IMG/VR virus record: IMGVR_UViG_3300031758_000022
Span: 1 to 64,000 of that record
Strand: one strand, 5' to 3'
Origin: a virus
Length of the DNA: 64,000 nucleotides
The translations under genes and the position numbers were made by a program. Below the pieces are notes generated by a model. It did no database searches. It saw only the letters and a program-made list of their open reading frames with translations, and was not told where the DNA came from. The number at the start of each line of letters is the position of its first letter. Position 1 is the first letter of the stretch. Positions 57,971 through 64,000 of the stretch are shown in pieces.

Positions 57971-58308
57971 GGCTTTTTCTTATTAGCTTCAATTTGTTCA
58001 TCAAGGTATTTCTCTATTACTTGTTTTATCTCAGGTAACATATAAAATGGAATGTCACCAATCAGTTGAGAAAACTGAAGAACCTGTGCCATTATCATTT
58101 CCATATTGACACCTTCTTTTTCCCACAATCCGGAAATACCATCCTTATGCTCTTTCTGAATAGTATCATTTAACCTATTTAGAAGCATTTTAGTTTGGTT
58201 TCTATTAAACCATTTAATAGTACTAGCCTCATCTGCAGCATATGTAGCTACCTGAAGCCAGACTAAAAGGTTTAAAATTCTTATTCTTTCCTCTTCTTTT
58301 AAAGTCAT
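57967..58308 (-). CDS. Hypothetical protein
   Basis: 113-aa ORF. Confidence 0.65.
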   Translation of the reverse strand: MTLKEEERIRILNLLVWLQVATYAADEASTIKWFNRNQTKMLLNRLNDTIQKEHKDGISGLWEKEGVNMEMIMAQVLQFSQLIGDIPFYMLPEIKQVIEKYLDEQIEANKKKP

Positions 58309-58520
58309 AGGAAACTAATGATTTTTGCATAAATAATTTTACTTTTTTCTTTATGGCTTTCAACATAGCCATAGCCCACCTTAGTATCCTTACTAAGGCA
58401 CATCATTGGATCTTCAACATCATCAGGATGAAGAGGATATATACCTCTTTCCGTATGTATATGCCAAGATTTGTCATTTGGATCCAAAAATAAAAATCCT
58501 TGAGGAAATTTAACTTCCAT
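58305..58520 (-). CDS. Hypothetical protein
   Basis: 71-aa ORF. Confidence 0.6.
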   Translation of the reverse strand: MEVKFPQGFLFLDPNDKSWHIHTERGIYPLHPDDVEDPMMCLSKDTKVGYGYVESHKEKSKIIYAKIISFL

Positions 58521-58549
58521 TTGTTTATTGTTTGCTTGTTTTAACCATC

Positions 58550-58571
58550 AAAAAAGCCCATAAAGGGCTTT
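58550..58571 (-). terminator. Intrinsic terminator
   Basis: AAAAAAGCCC-ATAAA-GGGCTTT. Confidence 0.6.
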
Positions 58572-58581
58572 AATGATAGAT

Positions 58582-58977
58582 TTAATATGCATTTATCTTA
58601 ATTTTTACCTCTGTTTTAATGATCTCATAAGATGACTTCATACTATCAAAACCATCTAAGAAACTCAGTAGAATAAACATCTGTGATGCCTCTGAGTAGT
58701 CCATTTTATTATTATTCATAGGAAGTTCTGTCCAAGTATAGACATCATCTACATAAATAACCTGTGCTGCAATCTTTCCAGCAACTGATGGATCCCAAGA
58801 AGCATTGTCTGCATAGTACATAGTAATTCTTTGGCCTGTAGACTTAGTAAATTCTGCAACTTCTATTACATATTCAATGTGATGCTCACCTTGAGTTTTA
58901 TCCATTACATAATAAAACCTCTGTGTGCTTTTATCAATAGTAAAAGCATCTTTTGTTTTCTTTTTCTTTTTAGCCAT
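58582..58977 (-). CDS. Hypothetical protein
   Basis: Start re-called at ATG 58977 (MAKKKK); the longer ORF start overlaps a tRNA-like element. Confidence 0.65.
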   Translation of the reverse strand: MAKKKKKTKDAFTIDKSTQRFYYVMDKTQGEHHIEYVIEVAEFTKSTGQRITMYYADNASWDPSVAGKIAAQVIYVDDVYTWTELPMNNNKMDYSEASQMFILLSFLDGFDSMKSSYEIIKTEVKIKINAY

Positions 58978-58990
58978 AAAATTTAATAAT

Positions 58991-59082
58991 TTGTTCCCTA
59001 TACAAGATTTGAACTTGTATCCTACCATAAGGTAGATGTTACTCTCAATGCCAGTATTTATTCCTGGTTACACCAATAGGGA
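58991..59082 (-). ncRNA. tRNA-like RNA 1 (non-canonical anticodon arm, expanded D-loop)
   Basis: Acceptor TCCCTAT/ATAGGGA; TGGTGTAA; T-arm ACAAG-TTCAAAT-CTTGT; CTACC-TTAT-GGTAG in the anticodon position. Confidence 0.7.
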
Positions 59083-59087
59083 TCTTA

Positions 59088-59194
59088 AGTCAAGACAGGA
59101 TTTTACCTGTATGATATACACTTTGCAGGCAACCTAATCAATGATTCAAGGCTGTATATCTTACCACATTAGCGTCTAATTCCGCCACCTGACT
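59088..59194 (-). ncRNA. tRNA-like RNA 2 (Leu/Ser-type D-arm, no canonical anticodon arm)
   Basis: Acceptor AGTCAGG/CTTGACT; TGGCGGAA..TAGACGC D-arm; T-arm ACAGG-TAAAAT-CCTGT; central GATATACA/TGTATATC stem. Confidence 0.65.
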
Positions 59195-59201
59195 ATTTAC
59201 T

Positions 59202-59444
59202 TCAATACTTTAAAAGAGTAATGCTATAATCTCCACAGATTTTCTTGAGAGAAGAATCTTGGGCGGTAAATGTGATACATACCGCTGATACTTGCTTGAA
59301 GTCATTGGTATAATACTTATTCCGGCCAGCATCTTCTACAAGATATAGATAGTCTGATGGATGTGAGTTTAGAAATACAACAGGATCAGGTGAGTATAGC
59401 TTACACCCAGTAAGCATCATCACTAATACTATTAAATATTTCAT
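59202..59444 (-). CDS. Putative lipoprotein
   Basis: MKYLIVLVMMLTGC signal peptide II/lipobox. Confidence 0.65.
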   Translation of the reverse strand: MKYLIVLVMMLTGCKLYSPDPVVFLNSHPSDYLYLVEDAGRNKYYTNDFKQVSAVCITFTAQDSSLKKICGDYSITLLKY

Positions 59445-59448
59445 TGTC

Positions 59449-59727
59449 TTACCAGATTATTGAAACAGCATGATCTGGTACTAGGAAAAAGAAATCTTCC
59501 TCAATCTGAATGACCTCTGAGTGTGCAATAGCTGCACCTACATATACTAGGTCACCTGGTTTGATGTCTGTTACATCATCACCTACAGCAAACACTTCAA
59601 GCTTACTGTATTTCATCATTAGATCTTTTTCAAGACTAGCCTCCATCTCAGGAGTTAGTTCTATTAAAGATTCTTTTCTAACAATTGGCTTCTTAATAAG
59701 AATTCGTTTGCCTCTAACTTTTTGCAT
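59449..59727 (-). CDS. GroES/Cpn10-like co-chaperonin
   Basis: RGKRILI...SLIEL...VFAVGDDVTDIKPGDLV; 92 aa. Confidence 0.78.
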   Translation of the reverse strand: MQKVRGKRILIKKPIVRKESLIELTPEMEASLEKDLMMKYSKLEVFAVGDDVTDIKPGDLVYVGAAIAHSEVIQIEEDFFFLVPDHAVSIIW

Positions 59728-59762
59728 AATTTGATGGTTTTAGACCGTAAATGTACAATAAT

Positions 59763-60146
59763 TTATATTGATACAATATAATAAAAGAATGCTAAATCAG
59801 CATACATAACCATCAGATAAGCTCTATCACCTTCTTTATTAAGTCCAACATCAACATGACATCTTATCCCTTCATCATCCTTACCATAGAAGGTAGTAGA
59901 CTTAGAGTTTTGATTGTATGTACCCTCAATATTGATGATGTATAGGTGCTCAGCATAAATGATTACCCTTGACTTCTCTATACCAATCCTAATTGTAGGA
60001 TAGGTAGCAGGACTCCAATTGTATTCAGTTTCATACTCTTTTTTAACACCAATGTTGGCCTGTGTAGTTTCAAACCACACAGTCTCCTGGCAAAAAGCGC
60101 TAGTTGTTATGACAACAAATAGTAATATCAGTATAAGTTTTTTCAT
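59763..60146 (-). CDS. Putative exported protein
   Basis: MKKLILILLFVVITTSAFC-Q signal peptide (Gln after cleavage, typical of Bacteroidota). Confidence 0.65.
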   Translation of the reverse strand: MKKLILILLFVVITTSAFCQETVWFETTQANIGVKKEYETEYNWSPATYPTIRIGIEKSRVIIYAEHLYIINIEGTYNQNSKSTTFYGKDDEGIRCHVDVGLNKEGDRAYLMVMYADLAFFYYIVSI

Positions 60147-60406
60147 TATTTCTTTGTTTTATAAACTAAATCACAGACTTCTATATACTCTAAATGTTTC
60201 ATTTGAAGATATCTGTTAAGAATCCGGGCCTTTGCCTCTAAATCCTCAACACTGTCTTTTAATGACTGAACATAAGAATAATCTGTTTTATGCTTAATCA
60301 ATTTAGTGGGCTCTTTAGCACTCAAACTAAATTGAACTCCTATAATAGCAAGTATTATGATAATAATTACTATTATTGTTACATACTTAAAATTTGTTAT
60401 TTTCAT
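60146..60406 (-). CDS. Small membrane-anchored protein
   Basis: N-terminal TM and a short coiled coil. Confidence 0.6.
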   Translation of the reverse strand: MKITNFKYVTIIVIIIIILAIIGVQFSLSAKEPTKLIKHKTDYSYVQSLKDSVEDLEAKARILNRYLQMKHLEYIEVCDLVYKTKK

Positions 60407-60421
60407 AGCTTTTAGAATTGA

Positions 60422-60592
60422 TTAATTATCTACCGGCCAATAATAATCACAGGTAACTTTACCTTCATTATCTTCATCCCATTGAAAATCTCCATAGGAT
60501 TGTCTAAATGGATTTGGTTCTGCAACAAATCTGTAACAAGTTAATCTCAAAGGACAAGTCTTGTTATCACACATTGCGGTATCTGGACTCAT
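60422..60592 (-). CDS. Small Cys-rich protein (56 aa, MSPDTAMCDNKTCPLRLTCYRF...CDYYWPVDN); not in ORF track
   Basis: Manually translated; C-x4-C-x5-C...C; fills the gap between genes. Confidence 0.7.
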   Translation of the reverse strand: MSPDTAMCDNKTCPLRLTCYRFVAEPNPFRQSYGDFQWDEDNEGKVTCDYYWPVDN

Positions 60593-60607
60593 TTTGTTGT
60601 TTAATTT

Positions 60608-60907
60608 TTATTCTAGACACTTAGGATAGATGCAGTTGTCATTCAATGTACAACTCTCACCTTCTTTCTTTATTCCATTCTTAGAGCATTTGTCATCTCC
60701 TTTGAATATAGGATGGATTGGTAGATAGTCTTCGTGGTGTATTGTCCGCACACCTTCTAGGTATGCCTCCACAATCTGCTCACGCTCCATTACCTTAGCC
60801 TTTTTAATAAATTCATCAAATGTTGACCAGTCTAAACTTAGATGTGAGGATGAGCCATATTCTTCAAGCTCTTTCTTTAACCAGTCAATTGCCGTTTGTT
60901 TACTCAT
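60608..60907 (-). CDS. KQTAxxWL-family protein, paralog 2 (Cys-rich C-terminus)
   Basis: Start re-called at ATG 60907 (MSKQTAIDWL); AKVMEREQI. Confidence 0.7.
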   Translation of the reverse strand: MSKQTAIDWLKKELEEYGSSSHLSLDWSTFDEFIKKAKVMEREQIVEAYLEGVRTIHHEDYLPIHPIFKGDDKCSKNGIKKEGESCTLNDNCIYPKCLE

Positions 60908-61121
60908 TTTCACCTCCGTATGTTTCGTTGTAGTATTGTTCTGCTTGGTCATTAGTCCATTGAGTATGTGGGTGTTTATCAAACACTCTTTGTCCTTCGA
61001 TATGGGCATCAATCATCTGCTCCTTCTCCATTTGCTTGGCTTGTTTAAATATATTCGTCCAAAATGGATGTTGCTCTTTTATTTGCTCTACAAGCCATTC
61101 AACTGCAGTCTGTTTACTCAT
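60900..61121 (-). CDS. KQTAxxWL-family protein, paralog 1
   Basis: MSKQTAVEWL...AKQMEKEQM...AEQYYNETY. Confidence 0.75.
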   Translation of the reverse strand: MSKQTAVEWLVEQIKEQHPFWTNIFKQAKQMEKEQMIDAHIEGQRVFDKHPHTQWTNDQAEQYYNETYGGENE

Positions 61122-61276
61122 TGTTTCTCCTTTAGATATTTAACAAAAGTTTGATTACTAAGATCCCAATGTTTACCATTGAAGTAAGCATTAACTCTAT
61201 TAGTATTACCCATCATAGTTTTTGTTTCTACAATATACTTTCCTGGGTTTTCAGGAAGAGATTCTAACCATTCCAT
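61118..61276 (-). CDS. Small protein (52 aa, MEWLESLPENPGKYIV...), DUF551-like; not in ORF track
   Basis: Manually translated; ATGA overlap with the downstream gene. Confidence 0.65.
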   Translation of the reverse strand: MEWLESLPENPGKYIVETKTMMGNTNRVNAYFNGKHWDLSNQTFVKYLKEKQ

Positions 61277-61278
61277 GT

Positions 61279-61581
61279 TTAGTCTGTCTTAGGGTGTTTA
61301 CCATTCCACCATTCATATTCTGAGTTTTCAGTCATGAATCTGATGTAATGATTGTCTTCATCTTTGATTTCTTCTAGTATTTCTACTATTGGAGTAGTCA
61401 ACCAATAATCTTGATTGGCATATGTCCTAGCAGTTACACTGCCTACAAGTATAGAACAACCAACTGTTGGTATATGGCTTACTACTTTATCATAAGTACC
61501 ATCTTCTTTCCAAGCAATTGCTTCAGATCTACCGCCATGTTCTTCTACATTGTCTCTTAATCTACGTAAGTGGAATGCCAT
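61279..61581 (-). CDS. Hypothetical protein
   Basis: 100-aa ORF; WLTT.I.EI...F.TENS.Y. Confidence 0.7.
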   Translation of the reverse strand: MAFHLRRLRDNVEEHGGRSEAIAWKEDGTYDKVVSHIPTVGCSILVGSVTARTYANQDYWLTTPIVEILEEIKDEDNHYIRFMTENSEYEWWNGKHPKTD

Positions 61582-61632
61582 AATAATATATGTGGTTTGA
61601 TTTTAATGCAATAATAGTAATAAGTATGTAGA

Positions 61633-61663
61633 GAGAAGGGGAAACGTTATCCCCCTTCTGCTC
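61633..61663. terminator. Hairpin / probable terminator
   Basis: AGAAGGGGA-AACGTTA-TCCCCCTTCT. Confidence 0.5.
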
Positions 61664-61817
61664 ACTAATTAAACTGAAAAACTAAAAACTTAATGTTTGA
61701 GTCCTAGACTGACTCATCATTATGAGAGCACAACACTCTCTACATACTTATTAGCAAACTGTAGAATCCAAGATATTACTACCAAGGATTCTACAGTCTA
61801 TTTTATAAAGACTATGC

Positions 61818-62546
61818 TCAATAGTCTTTATAAGTTTTGTGTAGCAGATTCAAAAGATATCCCGTATCATGAGGAATTCTTTCAAAATCACTACTGCTCT
61901 TGAGAGCATTAATCATTCTGTTGTGATCATACTTGCTACCAAGAGATCTATAAACAGAACAAAAAGCTGTATGAAATTTATTACTATTGGTTTTAACAAC
62001 AGAACTTGCTTCAATCAGATTTTTTGTAAGTACTTCAGAATCAGGCATATTTACTGTGAAATTACCATTTCTAATAGAAGTTAGACCTCTACCTGATGTA
62101 GCAGATCCTCCAAGAATGCTAGCAGAAATTGCTACAGAAAGACCATTTTTGATAAAATGTTCCTTAAGTCTAAAGTAATTCTCATTACCAAGACCACAAT
62201 ATGCATTAACATAATCTGTCAATGTCCATTTTTGTTGAACATTATTCAGAGTAGCCATCATATCCACAATTGTTGATACAGAATCTGTTTCAACAACAAT
62301 ACAGTGTACTTTTTTAATACGCAATCTCTTAAGAGATTCAACCAAGTGCTGACCATCAACATTGTAATACTCAGCCTTACCAGTAATTGCTGTAGTATAT
62401 GCAAGAACAGGAGTTCTTAATATACCTACACGGGCAATTGATTTTACTAGTGCTTGGACATGTTTTTCATTTTTTGCTCTATTGAAAGTAAGCTCCTTGA
62501 TTTTATCAACAGCTATTTCAACAAATTTGTGCTTAGAAAATTCCAT
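61818..62546 (-). CDS. ParB/Srx N-terminal-like domain protein
   Basis: NR...HVQALVKSI...P....VDGQHL...LN..Q.KW. Confidence 0.72.
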   Translation of the reverse strand: MEFSKHKFVEIAVDKIKELTFNRAKNEKHVQALVKSIARVGILRTPVLAYTTAITGKAEYYNVDGQHLVESLKRLRIKKVHCIVVETDSVSTIVDMMATLNNVQQKWTLTDYVNAYCGLGNENYFRLKEHFIKNGLSVAISASILGGSATSGRGLTSIRNGNFTVNMPDSEVLTKNLIEASSVVKTNSNKFHTAFCSVYRSLGSKYDHNRMINALKSSSDFERIPHDTGYLLNLLHKTYKDY

Positions 62547-62585
62547 TTGTGTTTTACTTTTTGTGTTTTCTTAATTTAAATAGTA

Positions 62586-62624
62586 ATAAAAATAAGGGGA
62601 CCGGATGTTTCACCGGTCCCTTAT
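62586..62624 (-). terminator. Intrinsic terminator downstream of the candidate ncRNA
   Basis: Minus strand: ATAAGGGACCGG-TGAAACAT-CCGGTCCCCTTATTTTT. Confidence 0.8.
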
Positions 62625-62637
62625 GGCATCACGTAGA

Positions 62638-63138
62638 GCTTGAGAGAAAGTATTAGAACACCCTAACATTATACATGTTAGGACATAAACAGTGCAATAT
62701 TCTATACGAGTGTTAGGCATCTCAGCCAATTCCCTCCAATACTACAGTATACTTGTTCTCTACTGGTCACAAAGAGACCGTCCAATACCTCCATATAAAA
62801 ATAGGAAAGGGTACACCTTCTTACCGACACTTCATTTTTCCAGGAAAACCTGTCCAAAAACTTATTAATTAATACTTTAGAACATTACAGGATAAAACAT
62901 CCCTTTACTGTTGTTAAACATTAATCAACATTACATACTTCCTATGTATTGTTCTTGCATAAAAAATCCACATCAAACTGCTACCTTTTCATTATGTTCT
63001 TCACGCCAGAGGTTTAGCAGCCTCAGCCCTAAACGTACAGAATAATATAATAACTACTAGGATATTAGCTGGCTTTTCTTATACTTTGCGTAGTAGGCAT
63101 TTATGAGTGTAAGTCTTTCAATACACTGCCTCTCAAGC
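62638..63138 (-). ncRNA. Candidate large (~500 nt) structured non-coding RNA
   Basis: No ORF >=60 aa; 9-bp terminal inverted repeat GCTTGAGAG/CTCTCAAGC; at least 10 internal helices; followed by a terminator. Confidence 0.6.
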
Positions 63139-63143
63139 AATTA

Positions 63144-63980
63144 TTATAACTCCAGAGTTTTTAACTTCTCTGGTATGTCAATGTTATAATGCATTTTAAC
63201 ATGTTTACAGCTTTCATGATAATGAATAGTACTACAACCGCAGTTATGACCTTTTTCAAAATGTGTAGCAAAGTGTAAATCATAGTCTTTAGGGATATCA
63301 CCCCATGCACCACCACATCCTTGACTTAAAACAAGAACCTTTTTTCCCTTAGGTACTAATTTTTTAATATGGCCTAAGTAGTAATTCAGATCATCTCCTG
63401 AAGGTAAACCTTTAGAACTGATACATAATCTACTGCCATAATAAATCTTAACACCTTTGATCTTTTTAGCTTCTTCAATCAATGTTCTATGAAACCCTTT
63501 ATCAAGGCTATTGTAACCAACTGATTCATCTACAAATAGATAAAGCTCTTGTTTGGTTTCAACAGTCATCTTCTTTTCATATAAAGCAAGATGAGGTTCT
63601 GATAGTAATTTCTTGAACACACGCGGATAATTAAGCTTATCTTCAATAAGAAATTCAACCTTTGATAGTCTGATTAATTCTCTTTTGATTAAAGCTCTTT
63701 TATTCTCTGCATCTACTTTGGTAGAATCCATTCCTTTACCTCTTGATTTGCTAGGATTTTCTTTACTCTTAGCAGGTTGAGGTTTTTTAACAGATTTTTT
63801 CTGAGAAGGATTCTCTTTTCTTAACCTAGTAGCTACGCTTTGTAGCACCTCCGGACTGAGATCATTAACAGAATCAGGAGACACATTATACTCTTTACCT
63901 TTATAAGTATGAGTAAAACTTTTACTTTCTGATTTCATATAATAATCATCAAAAAGTTGTTGTTGTCTAAAATGTGGCAT
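63144..63980 (-). CDS. Hypothetical protein with a degenerate vWA-like motif
   Basis: LYLFVDESVG (MIDAS-like), VLVLSQG; 278 aa. Confidence 0.6.
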   Translation of the reverse strand: MPHFRQQQLFDDYYMKSESKSFTHTYKGKEYNVSPDSVNDLSPEVLQSVATRLRKENPSQKKSVKKPQPAKSKENPSKSRGKGMDSTKVDAENKRALIKRELIRLSKVEFLIEDKLNYPRVFKKLLSEPHLALYEKKMTVETKQELYLFVDESVGYNSLDKGFHRTLIEEAKKIKGVKIYYGSRLCISSKGLPSGDDLNYYLGHIKKLVPKGKKVLVLSQGCGGAWGDIPKDYDLHFATHFEKGHNCGCSTIHYHESCKHVKMHYNIDIPEKLKTLEL

Positions 63981-64000
63981 ATAATAAAGTAAAAAAGGGG

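Noticed and set aside
58991-59194. Calling these canonical tRNAs (e.g. Gln, Leu or an ochre suppressor)
   Set aside because: Neither has a 5-bp stem with a 7-nt anticodon loop, so no anticodon can be assigned.
61697-61903. 68-aa plus-strand ORF in the 61582-61817 gap
   Set aside because: TTG start, overlaps the ParB-like gene antisense, no motif; the gap more likely holds a terminator and promoter.
62638-63138. tmRNA, RNase P RNA, CRISPR array or group I intron
   Set aside because: No tRNA-like ends or tag ORF, no recognisable RNase P P4 consensus, no direct repeat-spacer periodicity, and it does not interrupt a gene. A covariance-model search is still needed to exclude these formally.
1-64000. 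Stop-codon reassignment (TAG or TGA), as known in some crAss-like phages
   Set aside because: Genes up to 11 kb are uninterrupted in the standard code, and TAG/TGA end several tightly packed genes; no canonical suppressor tRNA is seen.
1-64000. Prophage or integrated element boundaries
   Set aside because: No integrase, att-like repeats or host housekeeping genes; the whole window looks like phage sequence.

Overview
This is a 64-kb, AT-rich, densely coding segment of a crAss-like (Crassvirales / phi14:2-related) tailed phage, probably infecting Bacteroidota. It reads cleanly in the standard bacterial code. The plus-strand arm (1-33300) encodes putative internal virion (ejected) proteins: three proteins with repeated x-x-x-G-G motifs, a 1077-aa protein and three giant multidomain proteins. 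The giants are a 2154-aa protein with a PD-(D/E)xK nuclease domain, a 3679-aa virion RNA polymerase (DFDID motif plus a zincin domain), and a 2352-aa protein with a nucleotidyltransferase-like and a zincin domain. This arm converges at a bidirectional terminator (~33303-33334) with a minus-strand replication/early arm. That arm carries a MazG-like NTP-PPase, PolB, a PD-(D/E)xK nuclease, a RuvC-like resolvase, primase, SSB, a Sak4-like ATPase, DnaB, UDG, an SF2 helicase, two MoxR-AAA/vWA pairs, a GroES-like protein, a ParB-like protein and many small genes. The most notable unexplained signals are: (1) a ~500-nt ORF-free, highly base-paired region closed by a 9-bp terminal stem (62638-63138), a candidate large structured ncRNA; (2) nearly Cys-free giant proteins whose cysteines sit at the adjoining C- and N-termini, suggesting head-to-tail disulfide chaining; (3) two tandem tRNA-like RNAs without a normal anticodon arm; (4) about 14 copies of a GG motif in the cargo proteins. 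No capsid, portal, terminase or integrase gene and no CRISPR array is visible. All family assignments are by motif recognition by eye; no searches were run.
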